A stretch of 64,000 bases of DNA, taken from NCBI GenBank assembly GCA_036405135.1, contig DASWYF010000037.1:90016-154015 (forward strand), written 5' to 3'. This document shows, piece after piece, positions 50,647-61,558 of this stretch. The position numbers were made by a program, and so were the translations under genes. Under the pieces are notes generated by a model. The model saw nothing but the letters and a program-made list of their open reading frames with translations. It searched no databases and was not told the origin of the DNA. The DNA comes from Verrucomicrobiia bacterium. Lineage in GTDB: Bacteria; Verrucomicrobiota; Verrucomicrobiia; Limisphaerales; JAEYXS01. The stretch's first letter is position 1. Every line of letters starts with the position of its first letter.

Positions 50647-51777
50647 TACCAATTCTAGTTTGGAATTGCACTATTTGGCAGCTTGGTAAAGTTAGGGTTC
50701 ATGCCGAAAAGATATCGTCTGAACCGGCCGGATTTGGCGGCGGCGGTGAAGACGGCCTTGGTTGGGTGCCCGGACGCGGTCGCGCAGCGGCGCTTGTTGA
50801 CGATGCGTTTAGCCGCCAGCGGCCAGTTCAGCGCGGCGGAGCTCGCGGAGCAGGTGGGCATCAGCCGCCGTCAGTTTTTCCACTGGGTCAAAGCGTTCAA
50901 GGCCGGTGGTGTGGCCGGTTTGCTCGCGCGCAGACATAGCGGTGGGGCTCCGCCGCAGATCACGGGCAAAGCCCTGGCCGAACTTAAGGAAGGCTTGCAG
51001 ACGGGTGGCTGGAAGCGGGCCAAGGAGATCCAACACTGGCTCCAAAAGCAGCACCGCAAGAAGCTCACGCTCAAAGGGGTATACTACTGGCTGGGAAAAT
51101 TGGGCGGAGTCTTGAAGGTGCCGCGCAAGACTCACGCGCTCAAAGACGCGGCCGTCAGCGTACACTTCCAGCAGACGCTGTGCGACAGGCTCAGGAACCT
51201 GAACGTGGCTGGTGGCAGGCCGGTCCGCCTGTGGGTGGCCGATGAACACCGCTATGGCCTGATCCCCGTGGTGCGCAAATGCTGGACTTTGCGCGGCCCA
51301 CGGCTCCGTATCAGACCAAATACGAGTGGGGCTATCTTTACAGTGCGCTGGAGGTTGACGGCGAGAACGCCGCCGAGTTTGCCTGCCTGCCCGGAGTAAG
51401 CCTGACATTGAGCCATTTGTTTCTGGAACGCGTGGCTGCCCGCGACCCCCAAGCCGAGCACGTGGTGATCTGGGATCAGGCGGGCTTTCACCCGCAGCCA
51501 CACCTCCATAGCCTGCCGGGGCGGGTCCACCTGCTGCCCCTGCCACCCTACAGTCCGGAGTTGAACCCGGTGGAAATCATCGGCGATGTGATCAAGGACC
51601 GGATCGCCAACACCTTATGGCCCACCCTGGAAACCCTGGAAGCCGCCTTGGGCGAAGAACTCCTGCCCATCTATCAAAACCCCGAACGCGTCCGGAGCCT
51701 CGTTTCACACCCTTGGCTCATCGATCAGGTAAACGCTTCCGAACGGTGAATAGTGCAGTTTCATGCTAGAACTGGTA
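50647..51777 (+). mobile_element. IS630-family insertion sequence, structurally complete
   Basis: The terminal inverted repeats are TACCAATTCTAGTTTGGAATTGCACTATT (left) and the reverse complement TACCAGTTCTAGCATGAAACTGCACTATT (right). My hand count is 24 of 29 matching. The element is flanked by TA on both sides (50645-50646 and 51778-51779), the IS630/Tc1 target duplication. Confidence 0.85.
50701..51749 (+). CDS. IS630-family DDE transposase, split over two frames
   Basis: The HTH part runs from the ATG at 50701 to ...RKCWTLRG. The DDE part continues in the -1 frame as PTAPYQTKYEWGYLY...VIWDQAGFH...SPELNPVE. The frame change is near 51290-51300 and no obvious slippery heptamer is present. 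Confidence 0.8.
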
Positions 51778-51993
51778 TAACTCTTCCTCTGGCCCGAAAA
51801 AGCGAAGTCACGTCACATACAAACAGCCATTATGATTAAGCACGCATTAGGAACTGCGTTTGCTAGTCCATATTATCGGAAATCTTGAAGGTGAATGTGA
51901 TCAAGATGAATAGGTAGCGGATCAAAGCCCCGCCGGCCTAAAAGTCAGCAGGGCTCTGAAATTAGTTTTCCGATATTTAGCGATTACCAGACG

Positions 51994-54900
51994 CTACGGT
52001 TGGGTGATGGTCACATGGAAGAACGCCTTGGGAGTCGCAGCGACTGACGTGTTGATACGCACCGTCACCTGCTCCAGATTACCCCCCAGATCTACCGGTG
52101 GCATGACGGTCTTGGACAGTGTGTTCTGCATGGTCACATCGGAGGCGGCGGTGACTACAATCGTGATACCCGTCGCGAGTTTGTTGCGCTGATAGCGAAC
52201 GGCGGGATAGTCCGTGCCGTCATCATTCACGATGACCAAGACAGGCCAACTGAAGGATGCATCGTTGTCCGGCACCGTGCCGAAAGCAAACTCTCCGATG
52301 TTGCTCAATCCATCCTCATCGCCGTCATCAGCCGGACCATTTTGCCCAGCTGTCAGTGAGGACCCGGCGATGAAAGTGGCGAAATCAAGGCCTGCCGGAG
52401 CAGCCACCTCATCACCGTTCAGATAAAGCAGGTAGTTGACCGTCTCTCCGTTGAAGCTGGCTCCGCTGGCTCCGACGAGGATCTTACCATCGATACCGAT
52501 GTGGAAAGATTGAGCCCCACCAGAATTGAACCCGGTGCCCAGAGTGAACGTGGCATCTACAGAACCATTCCCATTGAGACGCACGAATCCACGCGCTGAG
52601 GAGGAACCAAAGGTGCTGAAGGAACCACCCACCAAAATACGGCCATTGGCCTGGACGGCGATCCCATAGACACCATCCGTTACCACGCCCACGGAGGCGG
52701 CAAAACTCGCGTTCACCGTGCCCGTGTACGAAAGCTTCACCAAGTTACCATAACCGATACCGTTCAGATTGGACAGGAATTGGCCAGCAACCAGCAATTC
52801 GTTGTCATGCGTTACCGCCAGATGCTCCACGCTGCCGCTGAAGTTGGCGGTAAATCCAGCATCGCGCACGCCAGACGAGGAGATGATGGCCAATCCTTGT
52901 GAGGTACCAAGCGTGAATGAACCCGCGATGGCATAACGGCCATCGGGCAGAACCTTCACATCATAGACAAACGGGGAACCACTATTGAAAGGCGCAAAGG
53001 ATGTATCCACGGTGCCGTTAGCATTGATGCGAGCCAGACCGCGGATGTTGTTCCCATTCACCGTGTCAAATGCCCCGGCCACCAGATACTGTCCATTGGA
53101 TAGTCGCTGGACATCATAGATGTTCGGGGAGCCACCGAAATACTTGAAACCACCGCCCAGATTCGCAGCGAAGGTAGCATCGATGGTGCCGTCCAGATTC
53201 AGACGGGCAAGACCGTATGCGGTTTGCCCGGCGATGAAGTTGAAATTGCCGCCCACCACGATAGTGCTGGAAGAGCCGCCGGAAACGATTGCACTTACCC
53301 CAGCGGATGGAGCCGGATTGAAGGAGGCATCAACGGTGCCGTCCAGATTCAGCAAGGCCATCCGGGAGCGAGAGGTATTGTTTCCAGTAGCACCAGCGGA
53401 AGTGAAACTGTTACCACTGATGATCACACGTCCGTCTTCCAGGCCAAAGACAGTATTGAGCGTGCTGTTCGCACCCGCTGTAATCGGGAAACCGGATACG
53501 GAACCGGCTGGCGGCACGATCACGTTCACAGCGACAGGATCACTCTCCACAAAGCCCTCATCATTGGTGATGACCACAGTGTAACTACCGGAGTTATCCG
53601 GACTGCTGGGAGAGATAGTGAGGGTGGCGCCGTTCTCTGAAGGCAAGTCATCCCCGTTCTTTTTCCACTGATAAGTAAGCGTGGGCAAACCGACAGCATC
53701 CACTTTCAGGGTGATGCTATTGGGGGCGAAATACAGACCACCCACCGGCTGTTTCAGGATGACGGGCGCATCCAACACGATCAACCGCGTTTCGTTGCTG
53801 GTTTTGTTGCCAGAATCGTTGGATATCACCACCGTGTAGTTGCCGTCATTCGCCGCACTGACGTTGTTCAGGGTGAGAGTGGCGGTGTTGACACCACTGA
53901 TATTCGCATCATAGGCAAGGTCATCCCCATTTTTCTGCCATTGGTAGGAGATTGCCGAGGTACCAGTCGCATAGGCGGTGAACTGGACTGTGGTAGCCGG
54001 ATCAACGATCACCAGTGACGGCTGTGACACCACAAAAGCCAACCCAACCGGGGTGCCATGCAATATGGCGAAGTTGGATACATCAACTCCGCCGAACTTT
54101 TGGAAGGAACCACCAAGATAGATAGTGCCATCGGCAGCTAGCCGGACAATTTCCGAACGGCGGCCATTTCCCTCGATGCCGGGGCCTTGATTAAACGTGG
54201 TGTCGATCACACCATTGGCCAGCACCTTGACCAGACCGGCCCCTGCGCCACCAAAGAATATGAAATCACCTGCGGCCAAGATGGAACCGTCCTCCTGGAT
54301 GGCGATGGATGAAACACGCTGACTGCTTGTGGAGCCAAACACCGTCGCATTGGGGGCAAATGCCGTATCAAGTGTGCCGTCCAGATTGAAGCGGCACAAT
54401 GAGGACTGCGGTGTGCTGTTGACGGCGGTAAAGCTGCCGCCAACCAGCAATCTTCCATCGGCCTGAAACTCTACTGCACCGACGCTGTTATCCAGGTTCG
54501 GCAGGGCAAAACCGTTGACGCGGGTGCCGTCTTGGTTCAACAGGAACAATTGTCCGTTACTCCCGGCATATTGTGTGGTTCCACCAATCGCGATTTTACC
54601 TGTCGGGCTGATGGCACAAGTGGTGACACTTGCGAATTGCGGGGCGAGAGAAACAAATGAGGTGTCCACTGAGCCATCGGGATTCAAGATGGCAATGGCC
54701 CGTGTGCCAGTCACTCCACCGATGGAGGTGAAACCGCCCGCCACAAGGATGCGTCCATCCGGGAACAGATCCACATCATTGACCGTATTATCCACCGTAC
54801 CCAAGTTGGCGATGAAAGCCGTATCCAAGGTAAGATTGGCGTTATAGCGCACCAAGCGTGTCACCGTAGTGCTGCTGATCGAGGTGAACTGACCGGCTAC

Positions 54901-57900
54901 CAGAATCTTGCCATCAGGCTGACGCACCATGTCATAGATGACATTGTTGGCAGCGGCGTTGAAGGGATCCAAAGACCCGTCCGCGTTGAAGATACCCATG
55001 TAGGCACGAGAACTGGTGGAATTGTTTTTGTCCCGCAGGCTGGTAAAGCCACCGGCAATAATGATCCGACCATCCGGCATGAAATCGACGGCCCGTATGT
55101 CTTGATTGCCTGCTCCAGCCGCGAGCGGGAATCCCGCCGGATCATTCCCAGATGGTAGCTCCACAACGGAAATGGTCGCTGTCGCACTGGTTACATCATC
55201 ACCACCACTCGATGCCACGACGTAGTAATCACCTGCGTCAGTCAGTGTCGGATTACTGATAGTAAGAAAAGGCTGGTTCCCACCGACCGGGCTTTCATTG
55301 TGATACCATTGATACGAGAAGGGCGACGGACCGGTAAAAGCTGCCTTGAGGGTGAAAGGAACACCCACGAAACGGACACCGGATTGAGGAGATTCCACCA
55401 GCGTCAGGTCTGCGTAAACGGACAAGCTTGCTGCACGGCTTTCCAAGCTGGCCCCTCCAACGGACACAGTCACTGAGTAGACATCACTGTCAGCCGGTTC
55501 GGCATTGGCGATGGAGAGCGTGGCAGTGTTTGCTCCGGAGATGTCGCCGCCGTTCGACAGCGGCGAGCCGTTCTTCTTCCACTGGTAGGTGATCGTGCCA
55601 ATAGTGGATTCCGCAATCACATTGAATTGCGCGGTCGCTCCGGCATTAGCCTTGGTGGCATAAGGATGACGACGGATGGCCAAGGGGACATCGTCTCCGT
55701 AAAGACGCACCAAACGGTTGGCAGTGCTGCCTTTATATTGGGTGAAGTTACCGCCCACCCAAAGGCGTCCGTTGGGTTCCACGACGATGCGGTTGACATC
55801 CGCATTGAAACCGGTGCCGAGATTTATCGTTGTATCCAGGGTGCCATCGGGGTTGAGCCGGGCGAAGCGACTATGCGCACTGCTGAAAGTGGTGAAAGCA
55901 CCACCGGCTACCTGTTTGCCATTCGGTTGCACGGCCACCGTATTCACGTTGCCATTCACCGTAGAGCCAGGGAAGAAGGCACTTTTCAACTTGCGAGATG
56001 AATCCAGCAAAGCAATACGCTGACGCGTCGAGGGTGAAGTGAAGGAACCGCCAGCTAAGATATCACCATTGGCAAGGATGTTGATCGCATACACCGCACT
56101 ACCCGTATCTGCGGAAGCGAACGAGTCCTTGGCACCGTTGCTGAGCAAGCGGGCCAGATAGCTGGCTCCCCCATCATAGGAGGTAAATGTGCCCGCAATC
56201 AGGATGGTTCCATCCGTCTGGGCTTCCACTTGATAGATCGCCCCACCGCGGCTGCGGGATATGAAAGTCGGATCGATGGCTCCATCCGGATTTAGGCGTA
56301 CAATGCCTTGGGTGCCCGGCTGACCAGAGATGTAAGTGAAGTCACCACTCAACAGAATGCGGCCGGAAACATCCAAGGATACATCGCGCACGAGATCGTT
56401 TGCTCCCGATCCCAAGCTGGCCGCAAAGGCCAGATCTACCGAGTAATCTGTATTGAGGCGGACGATATTGGAAACATTGACGCCACCAAACTGGTTAAAT
56501 TTGCCGACAATCAGGATTTTCCCGTCTGGTTGAATCAAGATGTCATGCACGGTGGTTCCAGCAGTTGTTCCGGTCTGCTGCGTAAAGGAGCCATCCAAGC
56601 TGCCATTTGCACTTACCAAGGCGATCCGGGAACTGGGCGAAGTGAAATCGCCGCCCACCAGGGCTCGGCCATCTCCGAGCGGAGCGATCGCCCGGATCTG
56701 GTTGTTAAAGGAGGCAGCTAAAAAACTGCCATCCAATGCTGTCGGAGAGGGCACTACATCCAATACCGCCGGGTTGGAAGGAGTCGTGCCTTTAGTGTTG
56801 GTCACCTCGACCGTATAAGAATCCTCGTTGGCAAAGGTGACTGAACTGATGGTGTATGTGGCAGCAGTAGCCGTAGGGATTGTGAAGCCGTTTTTCTTCC
56901 ACTGGTAAGTCATCGCCAAGGGACTCTTGGCCACCACACTGAAGGTCACCGGCACAAACTCAGGGATAGTCTGCGAAGCCGGATGAACCAGAATGCGTGG
57001 TTTGGAATCCGTGTCCAAAATGGTAATCGTCACTACATCTGGCGTACCTAACTGGGCAAGGTTGGTAGGGTTGGACAAGGTGACTTGGATGGTTTCATCC
57101 GACTCGGTGATCGTGTCATCGTTAATAGTCAGGCTGAAGGTCTTGGGGCCAATCTCGCCATCAACCCAGTTCAAAACCCCACTGCTCAATGTGTAATCAC
57201 TGCCAGCGGCGGCGGAACCGCCCGTGACTGCATACGTCGCCGATACCGCCCCACGGCTGCCTGCCAGCCTGTTGACAGTAACATTTACAGTCCCATCGGC
57301 TTCGCTGAATTCTATCTGTGCAGAATCAAACTGGATGCTGCCTGCCCCTCCCAAGAGGCGGGCGATTCCATTTCGGACATTCCCGTTGAATTGCGAAAAA
57401 TCACCCAATACATAGGTCAATCCATGTTCATTCTGGGTGATGACCCGGATGGAATTATTGGCTCCTGAGCCAACATAAAAACTTGGATCGGCAGTACCGT
57501 CCGGTTTTAGGCCGATGATACGGCTGGCACTGGCTCCGTTGAAAAAGGTGAAGAATCCACCGACAATCAAACGTCCGTCCGGCTGCACATGGATGGAGCT
57601 GACTGCATTGTCGAATCCGGTGCCGGTGTTGAATGTGGAATCGAGAGTCCCGTCTGGTAAGAAGCGGGCGATACGGGAAACGCTCTCACCATTGTAGGAG
57701 GTAAATGAACCACCGACGATAATACCGCCGTCTCTGGCCAAGACCATCGTGCCGATCGAGTTGCTCAGCTTCTCGACGATATTGAAAGAGGTATCAAAAG
57801 TGCCATCTGCATTGAAGCGGTAGATATAGCCACCACCACTGCCGCCGGAAACATAGCGGGAGGCGAGAAACTTGCCGCCGTCCAGCGGAATAAGATGCTG

Positions 57901-60312
57901 GAGTGTCCCCCCGAGATTGATCGCGAAACTGCTGTCCAAAGTTCCATCTGGGAGACGGCGTTGGATGCTGCCATTGGAAAATGAAACGATGATGCTGTCA
58001 TCACTTCGGATGAATGCGCTATACGCGATATCATTGCTGCTGGTCGGAGTCGTGCTATTGAAGGTCGTATCCAAGCTGCCATCGGCGTTTAGTCGGGCGA
58101 GTTTGCGTGCGTTCGTGCCATTGATGGAATTGAACTGACCGACGATGAGGAACTTGCCTGCATGCGTCGAAGTGCTCGGATAAGGGATGATCTTAAACAC
58201 CGTCCGACTGTCTGTGCCCGTGGTGATATTAGGCCATCCAGTGTCCAAGCTGCCATCTGCAGCCAACCGCGCCAAACCGAAAGGCACAGAACTGCCTCCC
58301 AGTGAATTGAAACCGCCCGCGAGATACAGTTTCCCATCGGGTGCCAGGTAGGTTCCGCTGATAAAGCTGGAACCCGCAAAAGTGGTCGGATTGGGATAGA
58401 CGGTATCCAATGTGCCCGGAGGGATCACGACCTCCAGTTCGGCGATGGAGCTGATTTGGAAACCGTTGTCATTGGTCACTTTTACGCGGTATTCGCCGGA
58501 ATGCTGAGTAGTGGCCGCACTGCGCGTGTAAGTGGGACCGGTCGCTCCGGGAATATCCTCACCAGCGAACTGCCATTGATAAGTGACCGGCAGCACGCTG
58601 CTGACATTGACACGGAAAGTATAAGAGAGCGTTTGATACACCTGACCTCCAATAGGCTGTCCCGTGATCACTGGGGCCGAATCATCATCCAGAATGGTGA
58701 CCGTAGCAGTTGCTGGATTGCCCAAGCTGGCACCGCCACCCGGACTGGAAAGCGCCACCGTGAAATTCTCCCCCCCCTCATTGCTGGAGTCATTGTTCAA
58801 GCTGATAGTGATCGTCTTGGGGGTGCTGTCATTGGCCGACCAGTTCAAGGTCCCGGAGTTGGCTGAGTAATCCGAGGCGGCGGTGGCTGAACCATTGGCG
58901 GTGGCAAAATTCACAGATACCGGGCTGGAGATATCCCCCAAGCGAACAACATTCAGCGTGATAGTTCCGCCATTTTCCGCAGCTGAGTAAGTGGCCGTCT
59001 GAAAACGGATAGTAGCCGGTCCGGTAAAGACATCGTTTTGCAGTCGCACCAGATTGCTGTGGGCAAGGTAATTGATGTTCGTAAACCAGCCACCGGCCAT
59101 CAGCTTGCCATCCGGAGTGGGGGCAAGGGCATACACATGAGTGAGGTAGCCATCCCCACGGGGAGCATAAGGAGCCGTGACGAAATTTTCATCCAATGTG
59201 CCATCCAGATTTAGCCGGGCCAAGGAACCACGGGAAATGCCGTTGACCTCCGTGAAGATGCCAGCAATGAGCAGTTTGCCATCAACCTGCTGGATGATCT
59301 CACCACCCACCCAGCCATCGGTGTTGGCGTTGAAGGATGAATCGAGTGATCCGTCAGAATTAAGACGGGCGAGATACCGGTCTGGAGTTTCCGCATTTGC
59401 ATCATGGTCAATAAAACCGCCAAGCAAAATCTTGCCATCATGCTGGACGGTCACCTGATTGATACGGCCGGCTGCTTTGATCGGCGGCAGGAAGGTGGTA
59501 TCCACCGTGCCGTCCGGGTTCAGGCGCACAATATTTGGCACTGAGTAACTGCCCCAGCTGATAAATGAGCCAGTAACGACTATCTTACCATCCGGTTGCA
59601 CAGCAACGGCATCCACCGAACTGTTGACCTCTGGTCGGGCAAAAGTCGAAAACGTGTTGTCAAAATTGCCATTCCCGTCCAAGCGGCCAAAATTGCGGGA
59701 CCCTGTGCCGTTGATCGAACCAAATCCACCGCCGATAAGTATCTTGCCATCAGCCTGCACTGCGATGTCATTCACGTAACGCAAACCACTGGAAAAGCCG
59801 ATACCACTACCCACGGTGCCAAAGCTTTGATCCAAAATACCGTTTGCATTAACCCGTGCGATTCCGATGACAGCGGTACCATTGTATTCCGTAAAATCGC
59901 CCGCAATGAGAATCTTACCGTCGGGCAACAGTACAATTGAGTTCAATTCGCTATTAGGGCCGGCACCCACATTTGTCATAAAGTCCGTATCTAGCGTGCC
60001 GTCAGTATTTACGCGGGCGAAGCGAGGAGCCGCTATTCCGTCATAGGTAAGAAAAACACCCCCAATGAGGGTTTTGCCATCTGGTTGGACCGCTAGATCA
60101 TTGATCGCCCCTGTGCTATTGCCCTGGCTACCCGCACCAATGTCGAACGTCACATCCACATCCCCTGGAGCGGCCATCAAATCGAACCTAAAAAGCATCA
60201 ACCCAAGTAGCAATCCCAAGCAAACTTTCACGCCGAATTTCCGGCCCAAGTCGCTGTTATTGTGGTTTGAACGTTTCGTTTTCGGCGAAGTGCAGCTTAA
60301 GACGTACAGCAT
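51994..60312 (-). CDS. Giant secreted delta-60-repeat / Calx-beta / Ig-like domain protein
   Basis: 2772-aa ORF with an N-terminal hydrophobic leader. It contains dozens of DGKILVGG...LARLN.DGSLDTSF units (delta-60 repeat pattern). There are at least two Calx-beta-like modules (ANGSATAASDY...TITISLNNDSSNEGGENFTVAL). YQW..NG Ig-like modules are also present. Confidence 0.85.
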   Translation of the reverse strand: MLYVLSCTSPKTKRSNHNNSDLGRKFGVKVCLGLLLGLMLFRFDLMAAPGDVDVTFDIGAGSQGNSTGAINDLAVQPDGKTLIGGVFLTYDGIAAPRFARVNTDGTLDTDFMTNVGAGPNSELNSIVLLPDGKILIAGDFTEYNGTAVIGIARVNANGILDQSFGTVGSGIGFSSGLRYVNDIAVQADGKILIGGGFGSINGTGSRNFGRLDGNGNFDNTFSTFARPEVNSSVDAVAVQPDGKIVVTGSFISWGSYSVPNIVRLNPDGTVDTTFLPPIKAAGRINQVTVQHDGKILLGGFIDHDANAETPDRYLARLNSDGSLDSSFNANTDGWVGGEIIQQVDGKLLIAGIFTEVNGISRGSLARLNLDGTLDENFVTAPYAPRGDGYLTHVYALAPTPDGKLMAGGWFTNINYLAHSNLVRLQNDVFTGPATIRFQTATYSAAENGGTITLNVVRLGDISSPVSVNFATANGSATAASDYSANSGTLNWSANDSTPKTITISLNNDSSNEGGENFTVALSSPGGGASLGNPATATVTILDDDSAPVITGQPIGGQVYQTLSYTFRVNVSSVLPVTYQWQFAGEDIPGATGPTYTRSAATTQHSGEYRVKVTNDNGFQISSIAELEVVIPPGTLDTVYPNPTTFAGSSFISGTYLAPDGKLYLAGGFNSLGGSSVPFGLARLAADGSLDTGWPNITTGTDSRTVFKIIPYPSTSTHAGKFLIVGQFNSINGTNARKLARLNADGSLDTTFNSTTPTSSNDIAYSAFIRSDDSIIVSFSNGSIQRRLPDGTLDSSFAINLGGTLQHLIPLDGGKFLASRYVSGGSGGGYIYRFNADGTFDTSFNIVEKLSNSIGTMVLARDGGIIVGGSFTSYNGESVSRIARFLPDGTLDSTFNTGTGFDNAVSSIHVQPDGRLIVGGFFTFFNGASASRIIGLKPDGTADPSFYVGSGANNSIRVITQNEHGLTYVLGDFSQFNGNVRNGIARLLGGAGSIQFDSAQIEFSEADGTVNVTVNRLAGSRGAVSATYAVTGGSAAAGSDYTLSSGVLNWVDGEIGPKTFSLTINDDTITESDETIQVTLSNPTNLAQLGTPDVVTITILDTDSKPRILVHPASQTIPEFVPVTFSVVAKSPLAMTYQWKKNGFTIPTATAATYTISSVTFANEDSYTVEVTNTKGTTPSNPAVLDVVPSPTALDGSFLAASFNNQIRAIAPLGDGRALVGGDFTSPSSRIALVSANGSLDGSFTQQTGTTAGTTVHDILIQPDGKILIVGKFNQFGGVNVSNIVRLNTDYSVDLAFAASLGSGANDLVRDVSLDVSGRILLSGDFTYISGQPGTQGIVRLNPDGAIDPTFISRSRGGAIYQVEAQTDGTILIAGTFTSYDGGASYLARLLSNGAKDSFASADTGSAVYAINILANGDILAGGSFTSPSTRQRIALLDSSRKLKSAFFPGSTVNGNVNTVAVQPNGKQVAGGAFTTFSSAHSRFARLNPDGTLDTTINLGTGFNADVNRIVVEPNGRLWVGGNFTQYKGSTANRLVRLYGDDVPLAIRRHPYATKANAGATAQFNVIAESTIGTITYQWKKNGSPLSNGGDISGANTATLSIANAEPADSDVYSVTVSVGGASLESRAASLSVYADLTLVESPQSGVRFVGVPFTLKAAFTGPSPFSYQWYHNESPVGGNQPFLTISNPTLTDAGDYYVVASSGGDDVTSATATISVVELPSGNDPAGFPLAAGAGNQDIRAVDFMPDGRIIIAGGFTSLRDKNNSTSSRAYMGIFNADGSLDPFNAAANNVIYDMVRQPDGKILVAGQFTSISSTTVTRLVRYNANLTLDTAFIANLGTVDNTVNDVDLFPDGRILVAGGFTSIGGVTGTRAIAILNPDGSVDTSFVSLAPQFASVTTCAISPTGKIAIGGTTQYAGSNGQLFLLNQDGTRVNGFALPNLDNSVGAVEFQADGRLLVGGSFTAVNSTPQSSLCRFNLDGTLDTAFAPNATVFGSTSSQRVSSIAIQEDGSILAAGDFIFFGGAGAGLVKVLANGVIDTTFNQGPGIEGNGRRSEIVRLAADGTIYLGGSFQKFGGVDVSNFAILHGTPVGLAFVVSQPSLVIVDPATTVQFTAYATGTSAISYQWQKNGDDLAYDANISGVNTATLTLNNVSAANDGNYTVVISNDSGNKTSNETRLIVLDAPVILKQPVGGLYFAPNSITLKVDAVGLPTLTYQWKKNGDDLPSENGATLTISPSSPDNSGSYTVVITNDEGFVESDPVAVNVIVPPAGSVSGFPITAGANSTLNTVFGLEDGRVIISGNSFTSAGATGNNTSRSRMALLNLDGTVDASFNPAPSAGVSAIVSGGSSSTIVVGGNFNFIAGQTAYGLARLNLDGTIDATFAANLGGGFKYFGGSPNIYDVQRLSNGQYLVAGAFDTVNGNNIRGLARINANGTVDTSFAPFNSGSPFVYDVKVLPDGRYAIAGSFTLGTSQGLAIISSSGVRDAGFTANFSGSVEHLAVTHDNELLVAGQFLSNLNGIGYGNLVKLSYTGTVNASFAASVGVVTDGVYGIAVQANGRILVGGSFSTFGSSSARGFVRLNGNGSVDATFTLGTGFNSGGAQSFHIGIDGKILVGASGASFNGETVNYLLYLNGDEVAAPAGLDFATFIAGSSLTAGQNGPADDGDEDGLSNIGEFAFGTVPDNDASFSWPVLVIVNDDGTDYPAVRYQRNKLATGITIVVTAASDVTMQNTLSKTVMPPVDLGGNLEQVTVRINTSVAATPKAFFHVTITQP

Positions 60313-61558
60313 GACGATGTCCGGTAATATTAGTTAATCTATCTTTTGACTGTCCAAATTAATGGCATTCTAAGCACAAAGGAGGCCATCCTTACAATTC
60401 CTTAACATATTTTCAAACACCCTATCTATCATTACCGAAGCATGCCAATTTTTAAGGCATTGAACATCTGAAAGCTTCTCAGAACTGAGAAAATGCACGG
60501 CATTCATAATCTAAACTCATCCTTTGTAGAAAAATTACTTACCACCGTCAGGGAAGGCTGAAGCAAAGAGATATCCGTATATCCGGCACTTCTTCAGCAA
60601 GCCTCAATAAGGAATTCCATGACAAGCTCATGGCAAACCGCACCCAAGTTACGGACGATTATTCCTAAAGTAGTGGATGTGCCAACGAGCCAATCCATTC
60701 ATTTTTATTGAGGCATCTCTTAGAAGTTGGCCAACAATCTGGGTAGTTGCGTGCATCAGTAAGCTCGCAGATGGTAAGTAGCCTTGCTTGCGAATGAGCC
60801 GACGATGCTCAGTGATGGTTGCTGAAGCCTTGAGAACAAATTGATCGCAGGCCTCCGGAAAAACTCGCGGAAGCCCCGTTTCCTCTTGGCACCTTTCGAC
60901 AAATTCAACGATTTACCACTGTCGCCCGGTCAATACTTCAGAAAAGCGTATATTCAGACGCTTTTCTTCCAGTCGCAGACAACAAATGGAAGTTTTTAGA
61001 ACTCAAAATGCAATGAGACGCCAGATCAACACATCGACAACCAAGGTCGTCCGCTATGAGTACAATCCTAATCATGGATACGCCTTCATCCAACTTTTGC
61101 CTTGATTAACCAGCCACGACGATGACGTACGGAACGACAATGAAAGTCTTAGGAAGATTGCGTTGTTTAGGGTGGCCCAAAAACAAAGGGTGAATAAATT
61201 TCAAAAGCCCCAGTTTTGTTGTTACTTCTTGGGAGAAATTGAGCCAACTGTTGAAGTTGAAGGAATGAAGCAGGTCAAGGGGATAGAACCAGCAATTGCT
61301 CTTCGTGAAATTTCTCAACCATTTGTTGCTAAGAATTTTATGAAATATTAATTTTTATGCTGTTCGAATGTTCACGCATAATCACGAAATAACTTTGTCT
61401 CTAATTGCCACAAAAACTGGCGGGCTCTTCTTTACCCAAAATCAGCCTGTTTGCCGTTTGAAAATCGGGATGCGTTTAGAATTGGTGTTGCTGGACGAAC
61501 GCATGAACTTTTAACTACCAGCAGAGTTGAGTGACTCAACCAGAGGCCGGTGTTCGGG

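Noticed and set aside
50809-51546. A 245-aa ORF antisense to the IS630 transposase.
   Set aside because: It is fully nested in the transposase gene on the opposite strand, has an Arg/Pro/Ala-rich composition and carries no motif.
51994-60312. Regular sequence periodicity suggestive of a CRISPR-like or tandem DNA repeat array.
   Set aside because: The periodicity is at the protein-domain level inside one continuous ORF, the units are divergent at DNA level, and there is no repeat-spacer structure. No CRISPR array was seen anywhere in the window.
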